Of a stretch of DNA of 64,000 bases, positions 39,312 to 52,030 are shown piece by piece. The DNA comes from Vermamoeba vermiformis. Its lineage: Eukaryota. The notes beneath the pieces were generated by a model. The model was not told the DNA's origin, ran no database searches, and saw nothing but the letters and a program-made list of their open reading frames with translations. Position 1 is the first letter of the stretch. Each line of letters begins with the position of its first letter. The stretch covers positions 248,001-312,000 of the forward strand of contig JBEWZL010000257.1 in the NCBI GenBank assembly GCA_045837725.1. The letters are read 5' to 3'. A program made the position numbers and the translations under genes.

Positions 39312-40027
39312 CGTGCTGTTTCGTATTTTGCGCAAACAAATGCTCGGGGACGAGTTTTCTGCTTCGAGCGTCGCATAACGGTTACAAAGTTCAAAAATTT
39401 TGCGCGGGTTAGCTGTTTATTTCTGTTTGAGAGGAAGAAGCTCGCTGCAGCAAGTAGCACAGTCGTACACATTATTATTGCTTCGCTGTTTAATCGAAGC
39501 GGTTGTTGAAATGATATAATAGCTCGTCTCAAAGATAGAGTCACGTTCCGTGCAATCCCGTGTTTTCGGTGTCTGTATGAAGAGGTAATGCTTTTAAAAA
39601 ATCACGACACGTCGAATGACATATTGTTCATGCAATTGAAAGTGGCATAAAGGCGTTGAAATTAATTAAAATAATTATTATTAGATTTGAAATTTTTAGT
39701 TAACAACTACTGCTTCAATTATGATGATACGCAGCTAGTACCACGCTTTAAATAATTAATACCATACAGTGTCGCAACAGACGGCTTTGATACTTTAAAA
39801 ACGAGCTAGGGGTCCCTGTCGCATCTTTGCGAGCGTGAGGAGCTACAAGCAGATTGCTTATGCTTACTATGTTCGTGGAAAGTAGACATAATTTCTTCCT
39901 TTGAGGTCTGTAGCTTTCGCGAAAATGGCAAAACCAAGAACCGGAGGTTGCGGAAGAAGGATCTTACGCGATGATTTTATTTTTAAGGTGAGACGACTGG
40001 CAATCAACCCATTCAAACAAATCAAAG

Positions 40028-41856
40028 ATGTGGCTCATAGCAGTAATAAGTGCAATGGTTGCAATCGTGTTCCTCAAGCTGAAGGCTCGGTCTGACAAAT
40101 ACCGGATGTTTGTGGGCATCACCCTGAAGCAATTCATGTTTGGCCCGCGCATGTTTGCTCAACATTTAGCTAACTATAGACAGACCAAATTTACTAAGCT
40201 CGAAACGCCTGCGTTTACAGCATTAGTCGCTCAGGATGCTGAAAGTGCGAAGGTTTGTAACAAAACTAAATTCAAAATAATCATGATAATTTAAATCATT
40301 AATTTATCGTTTCATTAGTTTATTCTATCCGATCCCGAGCTATTCCCAAAGGCGAAACTAAATGTAGTTCCGAGTGTCACGGATCTCACGAAAGATAGCA
40401 TCGTGATCGTCAATGGCGAGCAATGGAGGTATGTCATGGCTAATACATATTTATATATATCTAATATTAATAGACGCTATCGTAATGTCTTATCACCACC
40501 TTTCCACTTTGACACGGTGAAACAATGGCTGCCTGACTTCCACAAACTGTCACTCGAACTGGTCGATCAATGGACTCAACAAATCAATCAACCAATCGAC
40601 ATTGTGCGCTGGATGCCATTGTTCACACTCGATGCACTTGGTGTGACAGTGTTGAGTCGATCGTTCAATGCGATGAAAGGTGAAGAAGACAAAGACTTGG
40701 CCGCTGTCAAGACCATCCTTGGTGGCCTAGGACGACCTTCGACATTCATCCTCGGCATGGTAAGCAAGATGATTACAATAGCAGTGTTCGATATGACTTA
40801 ACATTGGTACGCGTAGCTCGAAAAGTATACCGGTCTCAACTTGTTGAAGGATCTAAACACCGCAGCCCGGGACATTAAACATTCGTTATTGGACATTACT
40901 AATGTAAGCGATATATCCATTGCATTCAACTCTATGATACTAACCCGACGTCCAGTCGAAACGAAATCAAACCAAAAACGAAGGACACTTCGACCTCATT
41001 GACGTAATGTTACAAGCACACGACCCTAAATGGAGTGAAAGCGAGGTACGTAGATATTTGTTAATATTAAAGATCTTACTAACGTCACTTGATTAAAGTT
41101 AATATCGAATTCATTTGCGTTGTTCGTTGCTGGCCACGAGACAACAGCCACAGCTTTGACGTGGTTGTTCTATCACCTTGCCACCAATCAACACGTGCAA
41201 GACAAGCTCATTGATGAGATCAAACAAGTGCTGAAAGGACAGCCTATTCAACACGAGCACATTAAAGAGGTACGCATCAATAATGAAGTGTCAAACTGTC
41301 AAATCTCATCTTACGTCGTTCAGTTGCACTACTTGACCAACGTGCTCAAAGAAAATCTTCGAATTCAACCTCCGATTGCACTGTTGTTTACCCGAACTGT
41401 CGCAGAGGATGCTGAATTCAACGGCGTGGTACTTCCTAAAGACGTAAGTACAGTGCACGCGGTACTCACGCAAATATTAACCAATCAATAGAGTCGCTGT
41501 GGTGTGAATATTTATGCGATACATCACTCGCCCGAGTACTGGGAAAGTCCAGAAGAGTTCAATCCTGATCGATTTGACAAGCCCACAGCTCCGTTTGCCT
41601 ACTTGCCTTTCTCGCTCAAGTCACGTGCTTGGTACGTCACGTTAATTAATTCCAAATTAAGCGACATTGATTGACACGTGTCATTTTGTTTGATAGTTTG
41701 GGCAATCAGTTCTCGCTCTTGGAGCAGACTGTCTTCGTCGCAACGTTGTTACAACGCTTCAGAATCAAGTCGGTGAGGTCATTCACACCTCCTCAGGGCC
41801 GCAACCCTGTCCTCAATCAGGTCGTGCAACTCAAAGTCAATCTCGAATTGCTCTAG
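40028..41856 (+). CDS. Cytochrome P450 (copy 1)
   Basis: N-terminal anchor, AGHETT, KENLR, PDRF and heme motif FSLKSRACLG (Cys codon split by an intron). Confidence 0.93.
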
Positions 41857-42046
41857 TTGCCTAGTTTACATGTAAATACGTACTATACTTAACAATAGCT
41901 GTCTCAATTGTTGTCACATGTTGACATTTGTGACAACTCTGTCACACTGCTGCAGTCCTGTCCTGTTCAACGCAATTACTAGATATTCTCGATTAATTCA
42001 GTGAATCTTTTTTTGCATGTGAACAACACAGTAGTGAATAGTAGCA

Positions 42047-43843
42047 ATGATATTCATTACAGTGTTGTTGTCGATTATTTTTATTTTGTATTTGCGGTTG
42101 AAGATCCGTAGCAACAAATACAAGCAGTATGAAGGCATATCTTTAGTTCAATTCTTATCTTCGCCTCGCCAGATAGCGCAAAAGCTTGCTACAATTAAAG
42201 GAGTCAAGTTTACTCGGCTGGAGACTCCAGGATTTACTGCTCTCTGCGCGCAAGATCCAGAAACCGCGAAGGTATGCTCAAATAATTGCGGAAAAATAAC
42301 CTCACGCGTTAATATATATTAATAGTTCATTTGGTCAAACCCCGAGTTATTCCCTAAAGCTGGAATAAACACCGTAAAAAGTGTCACGGATCTGACCAAG
42401 GACGGCATCATTCTTTCAAGTGGGGAGCAATGGAGGTACGAAAGAACTACTATTTAGGAACTATATTGACGAAGTTAGACGCTATCGTACTACCTTGTCA
42501 CCTCCATTCCATTTTGACGCGGTGAAACAATGGCTGCCTGACTTCCACAAACTGTCACTCGAGCTGGTCGAGCAATGGACTCAACAACTCAATCAACCAA
42601 TCGACATTGTGCGCTGGATGCCATTGTTCACACTCGATGCACTCGGTGTGACAGTGCTGAGTCGTTCTTTCAATGCGATGAAAGGTGAAGAAGACAAAGA
42701 CTTGGCCGCTGTCAGAACTATTCTGGACACTCTTGGCAAGCCTTCGACATTCTTCCTCGGCAGGGTGAGTATTATGCCGATAAATGTTAGTGCTAAAGAT
42801 GTGATCTAACATGCACCGTAGCTCGAAATGTTGACGGGTCTCAACGTTTTGAAAGATCTCAATAGCGCTGTTTATTCAATTAGAAAGTCATTGGCTCAAG
42901 TCATTGAAGTACGTATGCACCATAGCAACACTGTGTATAACATCGTTGTTTCTAGTCTAAACGCGTGAAGCGAGCTGAGGGAAACCATTTCGATTTGGTC
43001 GATGTTATGATGCAAGCACACGATCCTAAATGGAGTGAAACTGAAGTAAGTGAAAATTTAGAACATTGAAATCGGGTTCTAATGCAAATGATAGGTCGTG
43101 GCCAACACGTTTACAATGTTCGTGGCTGGCTTCGAAACTACTTCGACAGCTTTGACGTGGTTGTTCTATCACCTTGCCACCAAGCAGCACGTGCAAGACA
43201 AGCTCATCGAAGAGATTAAACAAGTGCTGAAAGGACAGCCTATTCAACACGAGCATATTAAAGAGGTACGCGTTTTTTCAAGCCTCGTGGGAAAGGTGTT
43301 AAATTAATTATTGACAGCTGAATTACTTGTCAAAAGTGTTGAAAGAAAATCTTCGTATTCAACCACCAGTGGCGTTCTCATTCACCAGAATTGTTACTCA
43401 AGATGTTGAGTACGACGGCAAGATCATTCCAAAAGGCGTAAGTAGCAGTCACGCATCAATTTTTTGGTTTGTCAATGTTGACTTGTGGTTGCCAGACACG
43501 AACAGGAGTCAATTACTACGCCATTCACCACGACCCCAAGCTATGGGAGAATCCAGAAGAATTCAATCCCGATCGGTTTGACAAACCAACCGTGCCTTTC
43601 TCCTACGTGCCTTTTGCGCTCAAATCACGCTCTTGGTAAGACCGTCTGGATAGTATATACAATACTAAGTGCCACTCTTGTAGCTTGGGCAATCAATTCT
43701 CGCTCATAGAACAAACGGTGTTCGTTGCAACGGTTCTGCAACATTTCAGGATCAAGTCCATCAGCGCATTCAAACCGGCTGTGGGCAGCAATCCAGTGCT
43801 CAATCAGTTGTTGGAACTCAAAGTCAACTTGGAAAAGTTATAA
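42047..43843 (+). CDS. Cytochrome P450 (copy 2)
   Basis: AGFETT, KENLR, PDRF and FALKSRSCLG. Same intron positions as copy 1. Confidence 0.93.
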
Positions 43844-43918
43844 ATACTTGACTAGGAGGAAATAAATGTGAGGAGTGTCAAGATGTTTTTACCTCGCTTT
43901 ATTATTTAAAAAATTTCG

Positions 43919-46013
43919 ATGGAAAAGAACACGAAAGACAAGAAAAAATCGAAATTAAAATCTGAATATGTCAATACGGTAGAAATTGTGCCATTTGGGC
44001 AGTCCATATTCGATTATAATGAATTGGTGGTAACTGTCTTCACACATCTACCAATCTTGGAGATATTTAATGTTAGAACTGTTTGCAAAAAGTGGAATTT
44101 ATTGGCAGAAGATGCTACGATATGGAAAGGCGTCATATTAACTGAGTTTGGTAATAACTGAAAAACTTACAAAATATTTTTAATATCTGTAACTGGTCTA
44201 GATAAATAGGACTAACAAGCCAATATATTAGGTATATTTATTGGCCCTGAATATCGTAAAATAATTAACAATAGTTCTGGAGTGGATTTGCGACGTGCCG
44301 TTAAAGATCCGTTCTTTGCGCGAACTGTAAGGACATTATTAACTTATAATATCGTTACTTACATATTTTAGCTGTTCCCTATGGACAATAATCTCGGGGA
44401 TAATGAACTTAGGCCATCCGTGTTTGGAATTCCAGAGTCAGCCTCGAAAGAAGCGCTGATTGGTCAATTATTTTCTAGCAAACCAATCTGGCGATCTCCA
44501 TGCCTCACGAATTACAAGTCTAAATCAAACAGTAGCTGGTTGTATATGCTACCTCAATTTCAGCGCCACAACTACCCGCAAGCAGACTCGTTATTTACGC
44601 AATTGTTTTTTAGCGTAATTATTGAGCGAATGATGGAGCCGAAAGATTTTTGGGACAGCCTAATGGAACGAGCAAAATCAGAAGACAGATCCAAGTAAGT
44701 TCGGACAACTTAAGCTTATGACCCGTATTAAGATTGAATTAATTGGTTGAAATATAATAGAGTAATCGTAATTATATGTCAATGGATAGCGAATTATAAT
44801 TGGTCAAAATTCGCGCAAATTTTGGATCCGCTTTTGGCGCAGTTTTTAGAGACCGCTACAACCGATGAGAAATATCAGATTGAACACGCACAGTACTTAG
44901 CTGTAAGTAGGCGGGACCTATTTACTAAAATATTGATATTTAATCTGTTATATAGACACTAAGTAGAGAATATGATTGGCAAAAACATGATCAGCCGTTC
45001 ATCGACAAAATGAGCGCCGAACAAAAAAAAGCGTTTCCAGCGAATATTAAACCAAAATTATTACAACAGCCGATAGACATATTGAATATACCTCCCAAAG
45101 AGATGGTATGTTAATTAAAACGGTTCACACGTACGTTTAATTAACATAATTAATGCGTACTTAGGCCAAGCAAGTCGCATTAGTGGAACAAAGACATTTC
45201 CGCAAACTTTCATTTGATTTTTTTATGCGTAATGATTGGAATGACGAGCCAAGCGCCCAACGGTTTAACAAGGTATAGTTCAGAATTATAATAACGATAT
45301 GCTCATTTCATAATATTATCCACTAATAGATGATGTTGGGGTTTGCGCACTGGATTTTATTTCAACCTACGGCTGACAAACGATACGAAGCAATTGTGTA
45401 TTTGATCAAATTAGCCCACGAGTTGGTTACTCTACGATGCACATTTGGCGCGTTGTTAATAATATCCGGCTTGCATATCGCTCCTGTATTCCGCTTATTG
45501 TCCCTCAAAAAAGTAAGTCACCGACCCCCATAGATTGCTCAGAAAAATGACATTTTGACACTTTGACACTGAGAACCGTTTGACACCCAGGATTAATTAA
45601 ACGTTTGTTTAAAGGCAACAAAGAAGTATGAAAGAGAATACAATGTGGTTGATATACTAACGAGCTCTGCGATGGGCTTTAAAAAGTTGCGCCGCTTTCA
45701 AGACGCATCCATTGGTCAAGCGACTGTTCCTTTTGTAGTCATAGCACTCAAGGACCTTTCGTTCACTGAAGAAGGAAATGCAAACACTATAGGCGATCTT
45801 ATTAATATTGATAAGGCCGCTTCGATCCTGTCAACCATTGGTTATGTGATGCAATTTCAGCTCGTGCCTTATTTGTTCGAGCCAATTGAACCGTTGCAGC
45901 AGCTGTGGGATCACTTTGCCGAGGCTACAAATATGACCGAAGATGAGCTGTTTATGCGCAGCTTAACTATTCAACCTCGTGTTGAGAAAGAGAACGATAA
46001 CAATGCCAAATGA
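43919..46013 (+). CDS. F-box + RasGEF (CDC25-like) protein
   Basis: F-box ELVVTVFTHLPILEIFNVRTVCKKW. RasGEF elements MAKQVALVE, IISGLHIAPVFRL and VPFVVIALKDLSFTEEGN..LINIDK. Confidence 0.8.
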
Positions 46014-46391
46014 ATGGATGCACGAAGTAAAGCAGCAATGTAAGCTCGACGATCTGTTCCGCTGAAGAGATGCATCAAGCAGGACAGAAAATAGTAAGTG
46101 TTAATAATATGCATATTATACTAGCTCGTTACTAAACTTTAATAATTGCCAAGCGTCGGATCCAGGATAGATCTTTCTAATGCAAGCGACCTCGCTTGGC
46201 TTGTGGCTTCTTTTGTGTTGCACGTTGCGTTTAAGTATGATTTTGATAAGTGATCAGATTGTTCCGAGCTCAAGGCCAAATCCGGAATTTATGGACGAAC
46301 TTTTTTTACGAGGCTCAATTTGGATCCATAAAATAAATTCAGGTTTAATTAGTCGCAACAGAAGAGCACATGTTGTAGTACGATAAAACGG

Positions 46392-48203
46392 ATGTGGTTC
46401 GTAGTAATCGTCGGAGCAATTGCAGTGGCTTTAGTGCTGCTCAAACTGTTCAGAAATGACAAATATAAGCACTTTAAAGGTTTAACAGTGAGCCAAATAA
46501 TGTTTAAAAAGGGGCTAATCCCCCACGAATACTTAGCGCAGATCAAGGAACCTTTTGTAAAATTCGAGACTCCTGTATTCACCGCTATTATGGCTCAAGA
46601 TATTGACAGCGCGAAGGTAAGTATATTAAAAATAATATAGCCCTTTAATTCCGAATCTAGTTGATTCTCTCGGACCAAGAAACATTTCCGAAAACAGATC
46701 TCGTTGATATCGCCAACAGTATGATCCATATAATTAAAAATGCCATTTTAATGGTGAATGGAGACCAGTGGAGGTACACTAAGCTCAAACTAAATTATTT
46801 CGATTTCTGATCTCTCTTCTTGACAGACGCTATCGCAATGTCTTATCACCTCCTTTCCACTTTGATGCTGTAAAGCAATGGATACCCGACTTTTACGACA
46901 TTACGGTGGAACTGATGAATCATTGGAAGCCGATTGCAAACAAGCCAATCGACATTACTTACTGGATGCCTCTCTTCACTTTTGACGTGCTGGGTGTAAC
47001 CGTGTTGAGTCGCAGATTCAATTCAATGAACGGCGGCGACTCTGATCTTACAGCCTTGAAGACTATGACAGATCTCGCTGGTTTACCTTCAACTTATATC
47101 TTGGGCGTCGTAAGCGAGCTTTTAACGCACTGTAAACTTCCAATAATTTACTTATTACTTGTAGCTTGAGCGATGGACTGGTTTGAACTTGAACAAAAAG
47201 CTGAACAAAGCATGCCAAGTGATCGAAACTGCCATAATTGACATCGTTAATGTACGACACTAATAGTACTCTGATCTTCAATTACTGACCTGTCGCTGCA
47301 GTCCAAGCGCACTCAAAAGTCAGTGGAAGGCAAGTTCGATTTGGTCGATGTCATGGTTCAAGCTCATGATCCGAAGTGGACTGAGAACGAGGTACGACAA
47401 CTCACTTGACACGTGCCACATTAAAATTGACACATTACCTATTGACGCAGTTGTTGTGCAATGCTGTGATCATGTTCAGTGCAGGCTACGAGACAACATC
47501 AACAGCGCTGACATGGTTGTTCTTCCATTTGACACAGAACTTGCACGTGCAAGACAAGCTTGTTGAAGAAGTCAATCGTGTTTTGCAAGGTCAGCCAATC
47601 AAGTACGAGCACATGAAAGATGTAAGAGGTGCCTAGTTAGTCATGTTGAAGTGCTAATATCGTGTGTAGTTGACGTACTTGAGCAAAGTGATCAAAGAGA
47701 ACTTGCGACTTCAACCACCAGTTACGACCTTGTTCACGCGAAGTGTGGCTCACGACGTTGAATACAAGGGACTGGTTATTCCTAAAGACGTAGGCTTTGA
47801 ACGTAATACCGTGGTTAGAGTGTTAATGTGTGTCTTGTAGAGTCGCTGTGGTGTCAACATCTTCGCCATTCACCGTTCACCCGAGTACTGGGACAATCCA
47901 GAAGAGTTCAATCCCGATCGATTCGACAAGCCCACCATTCCATTTGCATTCATGCCTTTCTCATTGAAACAGCGTGCTTGGTACGTCCGTTCATTCTGTT
48001 CAAAACTTCACTTTCTGACACGTGTCATTGTTTTGTTTGACAGTTTGGGCAATCAGTTCTCACTCGTGGAGCAGACTGTCTTCGTCGCAACATTACTGCA
48101 GCACTTTAAAGTCACGTCACTCGACTTTTTTGCGCCACAGACCGCGAACAATCCTATTGTGAACCAACTCTCGGGCCTCAAAGTCAACCTCGCGCCAGTG
48201 TAA
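46392..48203 (+). CDS. Cytochrome P450 (copy 3)
   Basis: AGYETT, KENLR, PDRF and FSLKQRACLG. Confidence 0.93.
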
Positions 48204-48692
48204 ATAATAGCTGCTAAATTTATGAGGGTTAACTAGCCGATTTCATTAAACTTACGGAGATACTGCAATAATCCTTTGCCTAAGTACAGTTTAAGTTGGT
48301 CCGAATTAAATTTTCGGGCTGAATATTGAGGAAAAGTCCGGTAGTACCATCAATATGCGTCGCTAAAAATACTATCTTATTTTCTTTCTTAGCTATAGTC
48401 CTGGGACTTCAAACAATCCGCAATATTTATCGTAATAACTTACGCAGATGAAATCTCCGTAGTAATTACGCCGGAGGTATTATTATCCTGCTCCGAGTAC
48501 AATTTTAGCAACCATGCCTTCGTCGTAATATTTAAAGAGTTTGTCACCAAACTTCTCATACAAATTCTCCAGGAAGTTAATGTTCCGGATCGGAATCTGG
48601 TGCGCGGTTCACAAAAAGTTATTACGGCAGAAGGATTTGTGAACATTCAATTTGTCAACTAAAATTTACAGCTCAACACCAGCACTAACCAG

Positions 48693-50496
48693 ATGTGGAT
48701 CGCAGTAGTTGTTGGTGCAGCGGCGGTTGCCTTGGTACTTCTAAAATTCTTAGGAAATGATAATTACAAGCACTTCAAAGGCCTTTCAATGCGTCAAATA
48801 ATGTTTGGCAAGGGACTCATCCCGCACAAATACTTGGCGCAGATCAAGGAGCCATTCGTAAAATTCGAGACTCCTGTATTCACCGCTATTATGGCTCAGG
48901 ATATTGATAGCGCGAAGGTTAGTTATTATCGAGGCAATACTTTACTAATTAGCGCGTAGTTTATCCTTTCAGATCAAGAAGCGTTTCCGAAAACAGATCT
49001 CAAGGGAGTGGCTCAAAGCGTCGTTCATTTGATGAAAAATGCCATCGTAACTGTAAACGGAGACCAGTGGAGGTACACTAAGCTCAAACTAAATTATTTC
49101 AATTTCTGATCTCACTTCTTGCCAGACGCTATCGCAATGTCTTATCACCTCCTTTCCACTTTGATGCTGTAAAACAATGGATACCTGACTTTTACAGCCT
49201 TACTATGGAGCTTATGAACCATTGGAAACCCATCACGAACAAGCCAATCGATATTACTTACTGGATGCCGCTCTTCACCCTCGATGTTCTTGGCGTCACT
49301 GTCTTGAGTCGTAGATTTAACTCGATGAACGGCGAAGAGGAATCTGATCTCCATGCTATGAAGACAATGTTGGATCTCGTTGGCATGCCTTCGACATTCA
49401 TCTTGGGCGTAGTAAGCACTTACTCGTTGCTTCTAAATATGGCTAACTTATTCGTTTAATTATAGCTCGAGCGATGGACTGGTTTGAACTTGAACAGACA
49501 GCTCAACAAATCTTGTTATAAGATTGAGACAGCACTGAATGACATTATAAACGTACGGTTAGATCACGTCCATTGACGCGCAATTACTCACATTTACTGC
49601 AGTCCAAGCGCACTCAAAAGTCAGTGGAAGGCAAGTTCGATTTGGTTGATGTCATGGTTCAGGCTCATGATCCGAAGTGGACTGAGAACGAGGTACGAAA
49701 ACTCACTTGACACGTGTCATTCATTGAATTAATAATCTTGCTGGCAGTTGCTATGTAATGCCTTGATTATGTTCAGCGCCGGTCACGAGACAACATCGAC
49801 AGCGCTGACATGGTTGTTCTACCACTTGACTCAGAACTTGCACGTGCAAGACAAGCTTGTTGAAGAGGTCAATCGTGTCTTGCAAGGCCAACCTATCAAG
49901 TACGAGCACATGAAAGATGTAAGAGGTGCCTAGTTAGTCATGTTGAAGTGCTAATATCGTGTGTAGTTGACGTACTTGAGCAAAGTGATCAAAGAGAACT
50001 TGCGACTTCAACCGCCCATCACGACCTTGTTCACGAGGACTGTAGCACATGATATCGAATACAGGGGACTGGTTATTCCAAAGGGCGTAAGTGTTATTGA
50101 TAGTATCGCTCTAAATTAGTCTTAACTCTTGCTCTAGAGCAGCACAGGCGTGAATATTTATGCGATTCATCACTCGCCCGAGTACTGGGACAATCCAGAA
50201 GAGTTCAATCCTGATCGATTCGACAAGCCCACCATTCCATTTGCATTCATGCCTTTCTCATTGAAACAACGTGCTTGGTACGTCCGTTCATTCTCCTGAA
50301 AACATTCACTTTCTGACTCATTGTTTTGTTTGACAGTTTGGGCAATCAGTTCTCACTCGTGGAGCAGACTGTCTTCGTCGCAACGTTCTTGCAACTTTTT
50401 AGAGTCAAGTCACTCGATTTCGTTGCGCCACAGACCGCGAACAATCCTATTCTCAACCAGCTCCCGGGACTCAAAGTCAACATCACAGCGCTGTAA
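48693..50496 (+). CDS. Cytochrome P450 (copy 4)
   Basis: AGHETT, KENLR, PDRF and FSLKQRACLG. Confidence 0.93.
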
Positions 50497-50568
50497 CATT
50501 ACCACGCTCTTCATCGTAATAAATGTATCGTAGATGAACTTACGCGTCCGCTTTACTTGAATCGTTGG

Positions 50569-51811
50569 CTAGTCAGTGTATAAGATCTTCTTAGACTTTT
50601 TTGACATCGACATTTCATCGTCGCGGCAATACTCGACGTGATCGCGCTGGGGCTGCTGATGGATGACCATCATTGGGTGCGTGCCTTCAAAGTGCTGCGA
50701 GGCAAGAGGTTCACATGACTCGCAAAAGTCATAGTCTAAGCACACCTGAAACGCTGTGAGTAGCTGCATATTGTGGCTGGAAATGTCGTAGCGTGTCAAC
50801 TTACCGCGCATCTGTAGCGCATGCCATAACTCATGCCCCATCTACAAATGTCGCAGAAACACGCGTGGTAGTTCAGGGCTGGCAGCGGAATGACGTTGTG
50901 GCCCCAGTGTTTGTCTTGGACAGCCGTCGATGAGTAGCACTTGGCGCATAATTCACCGGAGTCAAAGGCCCTGCAAGTCAAGCAAGCGTGCGGCCAATCA
51001 TCCGTGCCAAGGGTCACATGGTACGCGTTATTGCACTCCATGCAGTCGATTGTAGTATCTTCTATGCTCTTTTCGAGCTTTACCTCGGCCTTCACCACAC
51101 GATAGATCACATGACGCGCAAATTCTGCAGTTGTCACGCACGTGTCACAGAGGTAGATCTGCTGATCCGTAGCACTTCTGTTCGTCGGATATTGAAGGGC
51201 AACTGCACATTTTGCGCACGTAGGCTTGACGAGATCATCTTCGAAGCGATTATCGATTCTGTAACGGATCTTCGTGTTGCCCGGGCGATTGTAGTACTTG
51301 AGCAGCAGGTGATTTTTGAAATGACCGTGTTTTTCATAGCAAGTCTGGCAGCACGTAAAATCCTCGCAGTACCAGCAGTTGTAGGCATAACTAGCAATAG
51401 GGAAGCCCTTGCATAAAGTACAGGTCCATAGATGTGCCTTGGTGAATTCTGTCAGTCAATCCGGATTTGAGTCATTCAAGAAAAAATCAATTCTTTAAAA
51501 GCCGAAAATGTATGATAGACTAAAATATATTATAATAATACATATAAAAGACATCTTACCTTCGCAAACATTTCTTGAAAGCGAATTTTCCAATCAGAAG
51601 TATTGTTGCTGACACTTAAATCATTTGCTCCAGCTCTTTGGTCATACAATATGCGCCACAAATTAATTTTGTTGCTTTTTTCGAGCTGTAATTTGTTGCA
51701 GGAAGTGAAATTCACCAAGTCTTTGATTGTCAGCTTTAATAGGATTTCTTGCTGAATATCAGAAGGCAAATCGAGCCAATGTTCAAACGTAGCTAATGGT
51801 TGATATTCCAT
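50569..51811 (-). CDS. F-box protein with tandem ZZ-like zinc fingers
   Basis: F-box LDLPSDIQQEILLKL. Cys/His clusters include CDIC..RYRCAVCLDYDFCESC..H..H and CMEC..CLTC..LCAKC..H..H. Confidence 0.75.
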
Positions 51812-52030
51812 GACACTTGTTGTCACCTGATCTGGTTCAAATTCACGAATATGTTTCGTTTTCGATTTTTTTTGGTGGCAGAATCTTCGGGCTTGTATTC
51901 CTTTAGATTCGCATGGAATAACATAATTTAATCCATTACGCGTGTTGTCTGTTTATTGCTTCCTGATCATACTAAAGTGGAGACAATTGACCTACAGCCG
52001 GAATAGATCTGAAGTTTGTTATAACGCAAA

